Assembly: GCA_951804945.1 (NCBI GenBank)
Contig: OX638153.1
Span: 32,426,001-32,490,000 of the forward strand
Length of the DNA: 64,000 nucleotides
Direction: 5' to 3'
Source of the DNA: Podarcis cretensis
Taxonomy: Eukaryota
Shown: in pieces, positions 49,934 to 63,110 of the stretch
Layout of the letters: each line of letters starts with the position of its first letter
Position numbering within the stretch: position 1 is the stretch's first letter
Program-made: the position numbers and the translations under genes
Notes under the pieces: generated by a model
The model's input: only the letters and a program-made list of their open reading frames with translations
Told to the model about the DNA's origin: nothing
Databases searched by the model: none

Positions 49934-51379
49934 TATTTCAAACCTAACCCCATGTGCACAGTAAGCTCATCTATTGTATATAAAGGAAACCCTGTCTCAG
50001 TAAACTCATTTTAAAGGTGATTTCTCCAAAGGCAGAAAGATTGGAAAGATCTGATTCCTAATTTAAAATAACCACAGTTTGTTGTTATGGCCCAAATTAC
50101 TAACTGCTGTGAGTTTAAACTATGGTTTATTAATTGCAGCAAGACACTTTCAAATCAGTTTGTGATGATGTCTCATTTCATTGAACCACAGTTTAAACTA
50201 ACTAGAGTTCCTATTTCAGATAAAATGAAAGACTCTTATTAGTTTAAACCAGTAAGTGGATACCACTAAGCTCTTCCTCACAACTGCACCGACAAAAGAG
50301 GGATGGAGTAGGTCACAAACCCAACACTCACTTCTGACCATTCACATAATGCTAAATAAATCATGGGGCAGTGTTACATAGAATCTATGGCTTGATTAGA
50401 TAAATGATCCTTCTGCCTATTTAATTTTTTTATTTTATTTGCCCTGGTCTGGGCTCCATTTACTTAGATTCTGGGAACCAATATTAAATATCTGCATTTT
50501 AGGTTTGTACTTCGATCTACAGCTATTTCCAGATTTATCCTTTTCCCCTCAGGAAATATTTTCTTGGTAATGTGTTTTTATCCATTTCGAAATTTACAGC
50601 AATAGATAAAAAAATGGCATTATAAAAACTTCAGGCATAAATCCTGTCTCTATCCAATGCATACTGCCAATGTATCAGGAGAGTACTAAGTACAGAACTT
50701 TTGAAAATTGTGGCCAAGATTATTTCCAGTTCTTCTATCACCATCAAACCCCAGATCTTAGCTTCCTCATATATACTTCAACAGATGAGATTTTCTTTTA
50801 CTTTTAACAAAAGAAAGGATAACGTGTGGAGATATCAAGGCATTTTTAACACTCTTAAAGGTGAGTACTTGATAGAACACTTAAACAGGCAGTTGATCCT
50901 GACAAGCGGCGGAGGCACATCATGAAAAGCTACGAATGGTTGTGTTTTTTGTATATTTAGTACCGTATATCTGCTAATTGGGTGATTTAGTACAAAACAC
51001 TGATCATTCTCTTTCCTGAACACCACCGGCTCTTTTGAAATTATGTTGTTTAAATTGGCCCAATCTTGCAACTTACTGGTAAAGAAACTGGTGGAGCCTT
51101 GAGCTGTTGTCTGTCTAACAGGCTGATAGGACAGCAATTGTTCCAATCAGATTTATTGCCTTCTTTGAGCACCAGAACTTCAATATTCATCCCCCAACCA
51201 TTAAGCAGTCTTTTCATAGAAGTTTACATATGACAATTTGCTATGGTATGTCCACCTGGTGGTCATTATTCAGAAACATTTCAGAAGGCAATAATCAATT
51301 GTTGCAATACAGTCAATGGAATAGTCATGGCTTTGTTTGTTCTAATTTGGAAATTTAATTTGAGGATATAATACAAGTA

Positions 51380-51597
51380 CAGTGGTACCTCAGGTTAAGA
51401 ACTTAATTTGTTCTGGAGGTCCATTCTTAACCTGAAACTGTTCTTAACTTGAGATAACAGTTTAGCTAATGGGGCCTCCTGCTGCCGCCACCGTGCAATT
51501 TCTGTTCTCATCCTGAAGCAAAGTTCTTAACCCAAGGTACTATTTCTGGGTTAGCGGAGTCTGTAACCTGAAGCGTCTGTAACCTGAGGTACCACTG
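51380..51597. mobile_element. Tc1/mariner MITE
   Basis: TIR cagtggtacctc and TA TSD. Confidence 0.88.
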
Positions 51598-52556
51598 TAC
51601 TGTATTTGATTTACTCAATAATTAAAGCCTTGATCAAATTGCGCTTTCCATCTTTCTGACTTTATTTGGGCATATATCATTACATTCACTGCTTTTGATT
51701 TATATGCTACTAGAATTATATGCTCCTTTGTTCACAGCAACTTCCATTAGTTTGTAGTTGTCTTAAACATGCTTCGTCCTCCCTGCTTTAACAGTTTGAG
51801 GAACCTAATGGAAATCAGCCTGCAACTTAACCTAAATATGTGAAACCAACACAATCACACATTGCCTCCTTGCTCATCCCTATTTCTCCTGCCCTGTCTT
51901 CCACTGAACTTTATATTGTAAGCTCGTCAGAGAAGGAACCTGCCTCATCTGTTCTGTAAAGTGTTAGGCACTCTGATTGTGCTATATAAAAATACTGACA
52001 CTAACAAAGGGACAAAGCCACAAGCTGCAAGTAGCAGAAGCTACTTGAGAAATAAAATCAGTAAGGGCAAGGTCCTTTTTTGCTGTGATGCTTTGATGAG
52101 AAAACTTAGTCCCCTGAGACATCTGCCAGGGCAAATTAAACTTGTACACTTGTATTCAAACTTTTATTCTTTCAGAAGGCAAGCTATATATTTTCTGTTC
52201 AAGCAGGCATCTTGATTTCAACTTATTTGTGTTAGATTTATTTTCCATGTTATCTGGCATGATATTTTTATGAATTTTGATTATAATTGCTGTTATTCTG
52301 ATGTTGTTAAGGCAACCATAGCTTTCCTCTGAGAAAGAAATCTGTGGTTTGTATAAAAATAACTTATAATAAATATAAATGTTCCTTGACCTTCAGTACA
52401 AGTTGTCTGCTCAGTGTAAAAGCTTAGATGGACAATGCTTATTCATTTTCACATTTTAATACACCCTTAATTTTCTAATGAAGCAAAAAAGAGGAAGAGT
52501 TATCTGCAGCATATACAGACGCATGAGACTACAGCAATATAAATGATGGATGTTCG

Positions 52557-52570
52557 GTTGCCATGGTAAC
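52557..52570. promoter_or_regulatory. RFX X-box GTTGCCATGGTAAC
   Basis: Matches the GTNRCC-N(0-3)-RGYAAC consensus, near-palindromic, in non-repetitive intron. Confidence 0.5.
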
Positions 52571-53933
52571 TATTATCGTGAGAGGGAAAGATTCCGTACC
52601 ATTGCTCAACAACCAGCAGAAATGTTAATCTCAACACCTGATATTATTCCATTTTTTAAATAACATGGCTGTTAATCAGCCTCATTTGAATAGAGACATC
52701 ATTAACTGACTGCTCTATTTTGAAGCTGAAAAAAGCAGCAAGAACAAACACATACAGCTTCCATAACTAGCACCATATTCAGGTTCTAAGCATCCTAAAA
52801 GCTCACCCGCTGCTTTGCACAGCTGTATATACTTCCATATCGTGCTACAAAGCATAGGTTTGCAAATATTGCTTTCTGGCACATCCCACTGTGAGATAAA
52901 GTGACATAAGGGTGGGATAACTGACCATGAAATGAATGAGAGACATATGCGAAAGCAGTATGTTTTTTTCCTACTAACTAGCAGCTGTGTATTTTATACA
53001 ACAGAGTTTAGAGAAAAGTGTGGAAAAAATAATGTACCTCACAGACTCCACTCTCTCTTGCAGTGACTTAATTCTAGGTTTTTAAAATGTGAAGACTATG
53101 AATTTTGACAAAGGGGATTATGTTGTCAGATTTCAAGGAATCCAATTAAACCCTCATAAAATACTGGAGTCACACATTCTGATGCACTATCAAATTATTT
53201 TCTCAGAATAGAGTATCAGTAGTTTGAAGTTGTTTTTTATCTGGCTGCACACAGAATTTCACCAGAAAGGTGCCAATACTATTCAACATGAAATGAAAAT
53301 AGTGTGCCATAAATATATTGTGAGACTTACTGATCTCCAGATATATAGATAAATAATAGATAATAGATAATAAAAGGACTACCTTGTCTGTAACTTTTAG
53401 GGATTTTCTTAAAATTTAGTTATATATAGAGTATAAGTCTGTTTTTCCAGGAATACCAACATTTGAGGAACACTACACAGTTTCTGAAAGTGACTCCATG
53501 TAAACTGGACGCACTTCTGACCCCTTCTGCACAGACAGGCCACAGAACTTAGCTTAGAGGTCCTGGAAGTAGCAAGGTGCCAGTGCTGGGGAAATACTTG
53601 CTTTAGTAAGGGAAACATCTTGCAGGGCAGCAGCTGAAGAAGGAGCAAAAAGGGTTTTCTGGTGTGTGTGTTTCTTTGTGGCTGATTAGCTGCTCTCCCT
53701 GTGCAAGGGTCAGAGGGGGCAGGGTTTCTGTTGAGGCAGGTGATTAGCTGTGGGAGGAGCTTACCAGAGCTTGCAGGCGCGCGCAGTTTGATCCATCTTT
53801 TAGATTTAGGGGAGCTAGTCTCAAACGTTTGTTGGGGGAGACCTAGGTTTTTTTGGGGGGAGTTATTTGTCCTGTCTTCACGCTTTTTATGATGGAGGAC
53901 CGCTGTAGACACCCCCAATGACATGTTCTCAAG

Positions 53934-54962
53934 ATGGAGGGTGAGGGAACAGCTGCAGTCGCCTGCGGTTCCTGCGCAATGTTTGCCATCTTGCCAAAGG
54001 TTGCAGGCAGCTTTACCTGCAGCAATTGCATGTTGACTGCCCTCTTAAAAGACAAAGTCCAGCAACTGGAGGAACGTGTAGCTACGCTCCAAAGAATTAG
54101 AGAGCTGGAGCTCTTCTTGGAAGCAACAGAGCACACCGTCTCCACCAAGGAGGAGACAGGGGACTCCCCTGAGAAGGAGGCTAGTTCACCAACACAGGAG
54201 CCAGATATATGGAGAAACGTGACTCAAAGAAGTAGGAGGCCCAGGGTTCGCTCTGATTGTTTAGAAATACACAATTGCTTTGAGGTCCTCTCCCCTAGCA
54301 TGGAAGACGAAGAGCAGACTCCATTTGAGTATCTCTCCCTCATTACAGTCGATCAGGTATATGAAGACGAGCAGCAAAGTCAGTCCTCAGGGAATGTGCA
54401 GGCAACCTTGGAACGGACAGCTCACGGAAGAACCCCGACCAAACCTAAAAGGAGGCGTGTAGTGGTGATAGAGGATTCCCTACTGAGGGGAACAGAAGCA
54501 GTGATCTGTGGGCCTGACAAGATGTCTCGGGAAGTGTGCTGTCTCCCCGGGGCTAAGATCCAAGATGTAACTGAACGACTGCAAGGAATCATAAAACCCA
54601 CTGACAAATACCCCTTCCTCTTGGTTCATGTGGGAACCAATGACACTGCAAGCAATAGCCTCCAGAAGATCAAAAGAGACTACGAGGCTCTGGGCAGGAA
54701 ATTGAAGCAATTAAATGCACAAACTGTCATCTCATCTGTCCTCCCAGTTGAACTACGTGGCCCAGGGAGAGAGGGAAAAATAGTGGAAGTGAACAGCTGG
54801 CTTCGCAAATGGTGTAAACAGGAACAGTTTGGATTCTTAGATCACGGACTGCAGTTTCTTGAAGATGGACTTCTGGCAAGCGATGGGCTGCACCTCACAA
54901 CGGTTGGGAGGAATGTTTTTGCCAAAAATCTCAGAAACCTCATCAGGAGGGCTTTAAACTGA
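53934..54962 (+). CDS. CR1 ORF1p (Zn finger/leucine zipper + SGNH esterase-like domain), 342 aa
   Basis: CxxC..CxxC, coiled coil, VVIEDSLLRG (GDS-like), HVGTND, DGLHL. Confidence 0.9.
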   Translation: MEGEGTAAVACGSCAMFAILPKVAGSFTCSNCMLTALLKDKVQQLEERVATLQRIRELELFLEATEHTVSTKEETGDSPEKEASSPTQEPDIWRNVTQRSRRPRVRSDCLEIHNCFEVLSPSMEDEEQTPFEYLSLITVDQVYEDEQQSQSSGNVQATLERTAHGRTPTKPKRRRVVVIEDSLLRGTEAVICGPDKMSREVCCLPGAKIQDVTERLQGIIKPTDKYPFLLVHVGTNDTASNSLQKIKRDYEALGRKLKQLNAQTVISSVLPVELRGPGREGKIVEVNSWLRKWCKQEQFGFLDHGLQFLEDGLLASDGLHLTTVGRNVFAKNLRNLIRRALN

Positions 54963-54967
54963 CTAAT

Positions 54968-57877
54968 GTGGGGGAGGGAGACAGTGCTCCTGAAGGTAGG
55001 AGTCTATCAATTGATGAAGATGATCATCCAAATGTCATAGACCAAATGGAGCAAACAGCACGCAGACCTAGTGGTGGGAGGAAAAAATCCTTAAATAAGA
55101 GACACGGGGGAATGATTAATGGACTTCAATGTCTGTACACTAATGCGCAAAGCATGGGAAATAAACAAGATGAGCTTGAGCTCTTGGTACAGCAAACTAA
55201 ATATGACATAATAGGCATCACTGAAACCTGGTGGGATAAGTCCCACGATTGGAATGTAATAATGGAGGGATACAATCTATTTCAGAGAAACAGACCAGAC
55301 AAAAAAGGAGGAGGAGTGGCGTTATATGTCAGGGATGTGTATACCTGTGAAGAGATCCAAGATTTAGAACCTCAAAGCCAAAGTGAGAGCATATGGGTCA
55401 AAATTAAGGGAGAGAAGAATAACAGTGACCTCATTGTGGGAGTTTACTATAGATCCCCAAGCCAAACGGAGGACATAGATGATGCCTTCCTGCAACAGAT
55501 GGCCAAGCATGCAAAAGGAAGGGAGATAGCAGTAATGGGGGACTTAAATTACTCGGATATTTGTTGGATGTCACACTCAGCCAAGAGCATAAGGTTAAAC
55601 AGATTCCTCACTGACCTTGAAGACAACTTCATTGTCCAGAAAGTGGGAGAAGCAACAAGAGGAGCACCATTTTAGATCTGGTCCTAACCAATGTTGATGA
55701 CCTGGGAAGTGGAAGGATCATTAGGTGTGAGTGATCATGCTCTTCTGAAGTTTACTATACAGCGGAAAGGAGCAGCCAAGCATACTAGGACTCAATTTCT
55801 TGACTTTAAGAAAGCCGACTTCATAAAACTTAGGGAAGTGCTGGGTGAGATCCCATGGACAGTAATACTAAAAGGAAAGGGAGTTCATGATGGCTGGGAG
55901 TTTGTTAAGAGGGAGATAGTAAAAGCACAACTTCAGGCAATACCAATGAGACGGAAACATGGAAGGTGCCTAAAGAAGCCAGGGTGGCTATCTAAAGAAC
56001 TTTTAACTGAGTTAAGATTAAAAAAGGATGTGTACAAAAAATGGAAAAGGGGGGAAACCACCAAAGAGGAATTCAAACAAATAGCCAGCACGTGTAGACA
56101 CAAAGTCAGAAAAGCTAAAGCACGGAATGAACTCAGGCTTGCTAGAGAGGTTAAAAGCAACAAAAAAGGCTTTTATGGGTATGTTTGTAGCAAAAGGAAG
56201 AACAAAGAAACAGTGGGGTCACTCAGAGGAGAAGATGGTGAAATGCAAACAGGGGACACAGAAAGGGCTGAACTCCTCAATGCTTTCTTTGCCTCAGTCT
56301 TCTCCGATAAAGAAAACAATGCCCAACCTGAAGAATTTGGAGCAAATGATTCAGCAGAGGAAACACAGCCCAGAATAACTAAGGAGATAGTACAAGAATA
56401 CTTGGCTAGTTTAGATGTATTCAAGTCTCCAGGGCCAGATGAACTGCATCCAAGAGTATTAAAAGAACTGGCAGATGTGATCTCAGAACCACTGGCAGTC
56501 ATCTTTGAGAATTCCTGGAGAACAGGCGAAGTCCCGGCAGACTGGAGGAGGGCAAATGTTGTCCCTATTTTCAAAAAGGGGAAAAGAGAGGACCCAAATA
56601 ATTACCGCCCAGTCAGTCTGACATCAATACCAGGGAAGATTCTGGAGCAGATCATTAAGCAAACAGTCTGTGAGCACCTAGAAAGGAATGCTGTGATCAC
56701 CAATAGTCAGCATGGATTTCTGAAAAATAAGTCATGTCAGACTAACCTGATCTCGTTTTTTGACAGAATTACAAGCCTGGTAGATGAAGGGAACGCAGTG
56801 GATGTAGCCTACCTTGATTTCAGCAAGGCATTTGACAAGGTGCCCCATGATATTCTTGTAAAGAAGCTGGTAAAATGCGGTCTTGACTATGCTACCACTC
56901 AGTGGATTTGTAACTGGCTAACTGACCGAACCCAAAGGGTGCTCATCAATGGTTCCTCTTCATCCTGGAGAAGAGTGACTAGTGGGGTGCCACAGGGTTC
57001 TGCCTTGGGCCCGGTCTTATTCAACATCTTTATCAACGACTTGGATGATGGACTCAAGGGCATCCTGATCAAATTGCAGATGACACCAAACTGGGAGGGG
57101 TGGCTAACACCCCAGAGGACAGGATCACACTTCAAAACGACCTTGACAGATTAGAGAACTGGGCCAAAACAAACAAGATGAATTTGAACAGGGAGAAATG
57201 TAAAGTATTGCACTTGGGCAAAAAAAAATGAGAGGCACAAATACAAGATGGATGACACCTGGCTTGAGAGCAGTACATGTGAAAAGGATCTAGGAGTCTT
57301 GGTTGACCACAAACTTGACATGAGCCAACAGTGTGACGCGGCAGCTAAAAAAGCCAATGCAATTCTGGGCTGCATCAATAGGAGTATAGCATCTAGATCA
57401 AGGGAAGTAATAGTGCCACTGTATTCTGCTCTGGTCAGACCTCACCTGGAGTACTGTGTCCAGTTCTGGGCACCACAGTTCAAGAAGGACACTCACAAAC
57501 TGGAACGTGTCCAGAGGAGGGCAACCAAAATGGTCAAAGGCCTGGAAACGATGCCTTATGAGGAATGGCTAAGGGAGCTGGGCATGTTTAGCCTGGAGAA
57601 GAGGAGGTTAAGGGGTGATATGATAGCCATGTTCAAATATATAAAAGGATGTCACATAGAGGAGGGAGAAAGGTTGTTTTCTGCTGCTCCAGAGAAGCGG
57701 ACACGGAGCAATGGTTCCAAACTACAAGAAAGAAGATTCCACCTAAACATTAGGAAGAACTTCCTGACAGTAAGAGCTGTTCGACAGTGGAATTTGCTGC
57801 CAAGGAGTGTGGTGGAGTCTCCTTCTTTGGAGGTCTTTAAGCAGAGGCTTGACAACCATATGTCAGGAGTGCTCTGA
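54968..57877 (+). pseudogene. CR1 ORF2 (APE endonuclease + RT), disrupted
   Basis: [39 protein letters not shown]. Frame breaks near 55670-55700, at the FADD codons (~57073) and in the A-run near 57225. Confidence 0.92.
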
Positions 57878-58186
57878 TGGTGTTTCCTGCTTGGCAGGGG
57901 GTTGGACTCGATGGCCCTTGTGGTCTCTTCCAACTCTATGATTCTATGATCTTTCACTTCTTCATCACTAAAGGATGTGGGCAGCTTCAATGGGGAAATC
58001 CTGGATTTTATCTTTATAATGTGCGAATTCCAGGGACAAAATACAAATTATATTTCTATGATCTCTCATGGCTTATCATCATACTTATTATCCCACCATA
58101 TTGCTAACGTTGAGTATATCATCTCAGGTAATAGTGTTTTTACATATTTTTATGTAAAAAAATTAAAAAAAAATTATGTATTTTAT

Positions 58187-58544
58187 GGGACGCAGGTGGC
58201 GCTGTGGGTTAAAGCCTCAGCGCCTAGGGCTTGCCGATCGAAAGGTCGGCGGTTCGAATCCCTGCGGCGGGGTGCGCTCCCGCTGCTCGGTCCCAGCGCC
58301 TGCCAACCTAGCAGTTCGAAAGCACCTCCGGGTGCAAGTAGATAAATAGGGACCGCTTACCAGCGGGAAGGTAAACGGCGTTTCCGTGTGCGGCTCTGGC
58401 TCGCCAGAGCAGCGATGTCACGCTGGCCACGTGACCCGGAAGTGTCTCCGGACAGCGCTGGCCCCTGGCCTCTTAAGTGAGATGGGCGCACAACCCCAGA
58501 GTCTGTCAAGACTGGCCCGTACGGGCAGGGGTACCTTTACCTTT
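58187..58544 (+). mobile_element. Sauria SINE, full length
   Basis: gggacgcaggtggcgctgtgg head, ggttcgaatcc B box, acctttaccttt tail. Confidence 0.95.
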
Positions 58545-58647
58545 TTAATGTGTCTCCCGATCTAGACAAGCTCATGTAGCATTTTGCAACATTCTCTACT
58601 TATTTTTTAAATTCAGATTATTTATGAGTATTATCATGGCAACTTAC

Positions 58648-58826
58648 GTTTGAGCACTTCTCCAACACCTCCTCTTTGAACTGTAGAAACTTTTCCTGGA
58701 TTGCAAGTTGGTTGAGTGCAAATGACAGAAAGTGTGTGAAGGGTTGCTTCTTGCGGAAGCTCTCCACAAGAACATCAATTCGCGTTCGAGCTGAAATAAT
58801 ACCATTCCGGTGTTGTCCTGTGATCA
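58648..58826 (-). CDS. ASCC1: ASCC1 coding exon (179 bp)
   Basis: ccag acceptor and gtaagt donor. VITGQHRNGIISARTRIDVLVESFRKKQPFTHFLSFALNQLAIQEKFLQFKEEVLEKCSN (inside ORF 58618..58836). Confidence 0.96.
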
Positions 58827-60827
58827 CTGGAAACAAGCAAAACAGAAGACAGGATTTATGACAGCTTGCTACATGTGCTCACAAAAGTTTAGAATTAATA
58901 ATAAGATTTTCCACTGTACCAGAAAGCCACTTCCTAACAAGGTGAGAGCTATCTCAGATGAATACACAGGTCAGTGTTACTATCAAACTAGTGTTTTTAA
59001 AGTGTGAGATGAAGCTCCCTGGTTTTAATATATTAATATTTATGTATTACTAGAATCTAACCATTAAAATATTTCTGTCCTTTAGTTCATACAATTTTTA
59101 TTTCTCCTGATACAGGTTTGTATTTATTTATGTATACCTATTGATATTGCCAGGACTTTCTCTCTTATCAAAGTAGACTATTTTTGAGTCTCTTTGTTAT
59201 AATAACTGATTCTACTTCCTCTGGAAACATTTGAGGTTTTCAGTTCACATTATTGGTGCACTGCAGAGTTTTGTCACTCGTTTTAGCCAAAGAGATTTTC
59301 GTGTGTGTTACTGTTATTACTGTGCAATGATTTGTGTAAAAGCAGTCCATACACTTTATGAATAAAGTGTATTGTGTGGAAAATAAATATCTAATGTTAC
59401 ATGCAGAAAGTATACCGGTAATTAAGGGAAGGGAAATAAATAAATGGATAGCAAGCATTCAATCATGTCTGGTTCTTAAAAAAAAAAAGTCATGCTAACC
59501 ATGGTACCTGACTCTGCACAATTATGCAAAGCATAAATATGAAGAGAAAAATGTAGTTCCCCCTTTTTGAATAACAGGATGCAACCAACAATGATAGCCT
59601 TAACATTAGATCCACAAGATTACTTTTTGGCAATACCATAAGTGGAATTAAAGAATTTGACCCTCTTCAGTCTGTTTAAAATGTGTTCACACTGTGTTTC
59701 TACATTCCTTATTTTCAGCCAAAATGACAGTAGGTGGGCCAACTGCAGTGAAGATTCAGTTACTGAAAGTCTTCAAATCAACACCAAAACAGTAATACAA
59801 ACAAACCTAATACAAACATGCTCAAAACCCGTTTTTGTGCATCCTGTTCTGGGTGTGCATGAAAGAGCTTGGAATGCGGAAAGAAAGCAATTGTCTGGAG
59901 GTGTAGCAAAGGAGAAGGCAAGTACAGAAAGACTATTCCCAGAAGCCTCAGGAGAAAGATAAACAGACAGATAATATATGGAGGAGGCAGCAAATGCCAG
60001 GAAGGCAGTAAGTGAAACAAGGACTAGAATAAAAGAGTAAAGAGCCCATAGTTCTAAAAGGTGGCTTAATTTTTCCTATACCCAGAAAAGGTGTAGGAGA
60101 TAGTGAGGGGATAAGCAGCTATTTGGACACAAAAAAGAATACATGAGTGGCCTCAACCAAGACTTAAATAGACAAAATCACCTGGGGGAGAGCAAAAATG
60201 AGTTGCGATAGGCAATAATTGGTGTAATACAGTAGGCGTTTATTAGGGAATTTCACAGCATGGAAGGACATGCTCACTACTAGATACTTTCAGTGGCTTG
60301 GACCTAGCCTTTCCTATGTGCAGGAGGGTCTTTAATTAGGCAGGGGTTTCTGATGGCAGAAGAGAGGGAGGCAATTTTTGTCTATATCCACTTCAACTCC
60401 CATGCTACTTCCTACACTCTTCTAGTGGATTTGTCAACACCACAGAACAGATTTTCAAGGGTTGTAGGTAGAATCAGCCAAAATCGCCTCCTTCCTCTTT
60501 CATCAGGGCAGAATCCACTGAGCATGGACCTGCCCACGGGATCTCGGGATCCAAGCCAAGATCCCATGGGCATCTCGGGATTGTAATAATTGCCACCCTT
60601 CAGTCATAGTCACACAAATTACTTTGACATTCTGCACTGAAGACATATTACCTTTCCTATACTGAATTCAGTATTATAGAGGCAGCTAATTTCATTCTTC
60701 ATGACAGTTTTTACATTTATTTTCCAAGAAGTACCAGGATGCCTTTATCATCTCTAAGTTTCACACCATGTCAGACCTGTGCATAAAAATTAAAGGCCTT
60801 TAAATTTTTCCAAAACCCAGAGCTCAC

Positions 60828-60925
60828 CAATTTCTCCTTCAACTCCAGGCTTAGGAATAATGATAGAGGTTCGGGTTTCTGTTTCTATTTTCTTCTTTGT
60901 TTCTCCTTTTTTGCCTATTATATAT
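60828..60925 (-). CDS. ASCC1: ASCC1 coding exon (98 bp), KH domain GxxG loop
   Basis: tag acceptor and gtgagc donor. YIIGKKGETKKKIETETRTSIIIPKPGVEGEI. Phase is compatible with both neighbouring exons. Confidence 0.95.
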
Positions 60926-61256
60926 CTATATAAGCATACAGTGGGAAAACAGAAAAGGGAATCAGTGATAATTTTTTTAAAAAGAAATGATTAAGTAGTT
61001 CCAAACTTTAACAGCTTAAACATCCTACCCATTTTGGAATCCTAAATGCTAATACAAGCACCAGTTTCCTGGTGATCGAGGCATAGGACAGTCCCCACAA
61101 TGTGAGGCTATGGCAACTAATTTATCCCAAATTTCCCATTAGTAGTTGTCAAATGCTATTTGTAAAATCAATAATAAAGACTGAGAACACCTGACTTTCC
61201 CCTCTGTTGTTCTAGCTGCACGCTTAGCAATTCTGAATATGCACACACAGACTTAC

Positions 61257-61356
61257 TTGTATAGTGGGCTGGGAATGTCCACGGCACATTGGTAGCCTCT
61301 TTCTGTCTCTTCCACTACAAAGGCATCACAGGGTTCATCTACACAATCCTCAGGAC
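61257..61356 (-). CDS. ASCC1: ASCC1 coding exon (100 bp), upstream of and entering the KH domain
   Basis: ttgcag acceptor and gtaagt donor. Translates GPEDCVDEPCDAFVVEETERGYQCAVDIPSPLYK, matching human GSMECADEPCDAYEVEQTPQGFRSTLRAPSLLYK as recalled. Confidence 0.93.
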
Positions 61357-61395
61357 CTGCAAGGTATGGAGTGATTAGAAACTATTCATCTAAAG

Positions 61396-61532
61396 CAGGC
61401 ATTCCCAAACTCGGCCCTCCAGATGTTTTGGGACTACAATTCCCATCATCCCTGACCACTGATCATGTTAGCTAGGGATGATGGGAGTTGTAGTCCCAAA
61501 AACATATGGAGGGCCGAGTTTGGGGGTGCCTG
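61396..61532. mobile_element. Palindromic hAT-type MITE
   Basis: caggca...tgcctg termini with perfect 8-bp TSD ATCTAAAG, 39 bp from an ASCC1 acceptor. Confidence 0.9.
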
Positions 61533-62489
61533 ATCTAAAGGGTAAATAGCAAACAGACTTCTGTTTGCAAAATGTGACTTGACCACCACCCTTTAGCACC
61601 TCACAAACCAAAGGTTTTGGGATCCTCTAGATCTGGAGGCCTATGAGGGGGCTGGCAGGAGGAGGAAAGGAAGTTAAATCCAATTACATAAGCAGAAGTC
61701 CACTCACACTACAATGGCTTCCACCCATTATGCTAACTTTTAAGTCTTCCTGACATCGTCAGGAAGCAGTTGCTGCTGTCAACTGGAGGGCTTTCTTTCT
61801 TCTTTTATATTCTCATTGAAAATAATCTACAGAATAGCCCTGTGGAAATCTATTTTTCTCCAAGATGTAGGAGAAAATTTTCTCCTAGATGTTGAATTTT
61901 TGGCCTCATACTAATGCTTATTTAAGAAAACACTGAACAGCAGTGGATACAGATGCAGGACCCAAAAGCTGAAAATTGAGGCAAAGTGATATTGACTTCT
62001 ATTCTCAACAGCAGTGACTGTAATATGTTGGAAAATGGGATATTTTTAGCTCAGTAAGAAAACACCGCAACTATTTTTCAGCTAACCAGAAATATAATTT
62101 CAAAAGATGTCACAAACCTCTGTGTTATCCCACTCTCACCATCATCGGATTTGTTAAGGTGGAATAAAATTTCATTGTATGAAGCAGCATTTTAAAGTGC
62201 CTTAAATTTAATTTACAGTATGTTACTGATTTGATAAACACTGTGGTTTGTCAAAGAAAGAACTATAGCTAAGGCTAATAACTGTGAGTAATTTGCTGAA
62301 AGGGTGTTCAAGATGCAGGCAAAAATGAGGCAAATATATTATAAACTGATTGTTTATAGCAAACCAAAATATACAGCCTGAAATGTGTGTCTGTACATGT
62401 GCAGTGTTGCACAGTGACATTTGCATACTCATAGTGCAATACACACATAGAAATTTTAGATAGTTGTGCATGCACATGTACACTCTGCT

Positions 62490-63110
62490 TCCTGCTGCTT
62501 ATCCAATTCCTTGTCTATAAGAGGACCTTTCCTCTTACTCCATAACTGATAAACTTACTCAGGAATCTTTTGTGAAGTACCTTGTTGGAAGCTTTTTGAA
62601 AGTCCAACAACACTATGTCAAATGTCAAATGGATCACACCAATCTGTATGCTTGTTGACACTCTCAAAGAACTCTAAAAGGTGAGATTTCTGGCTCTGTT
62701 CAGCAAGGCTTATTATTCTATATGCCAAGTTATTTTTTCTTTGTCAATACTTGCCACCAGTGGCTTGTAATTTTTGGATCCCCCTCCCCCACCAGATTTC
62801 TTTTAAAAAATTGGTATTACATTGGCAGCTTTCCAGATGTGGAGGCTGGTCTAAGGGATAGAAGATCTACAACTTCACAGCATAGCTGTAAACCTTTCCC
62901 TTTTCTTGCGAGGAATCCTATTCGGAATAAGGGAATTTCCCTTAAAAAAAGGGAAAAGTTCACATCTATGCTTCACAGTGTTAGAAGATCTACAACTTCA
63001 CATTTGAGTTCCTTGAGAACTCTCAGGTGAATGCCGTCCAGACCCAGCAATTTGTCACTTTTTATTTTTTCTATTAGGTCTGGAATTTAATCTCGTTACC
63101 ACTACCTGCC
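62490..63110 (-). mobile_element. Old CR1 ORF2 fragments
   Basis: gaagctttttgaaagtccaa (LDFQKA on the minus strand) and agttccttgagaactctcaggtgaatgccgtccagaccc (G.DGIHLRVLKEL). Confidence 0.7.
62881..62970. mobile_element. 90-bp hAT-type MITE
   Basis: catagctgtaaacctttccc...gggaaaagttcacatctatg TIR with 8-bp TSD CTTCACAG. Confidence 0.8.

Larger units (their letters stand above)
53600..57950 (+). mobile_element. CR1 LINE, near full length (5' boundary approximate)
   Basis: 5' UTR, ORF1, frameshifted ORF2 and a (ATTCTATG)n-type tail ending at 57950. Confidence 0.95.

Noticed and set aside
53409-53924. 171-aa antisense ORF over the CR1 5' UTR (ORF0-like)
   Set aside because: Single copy, extends beyond the probable element boundary and has no recognisable motif; cannot be supported.
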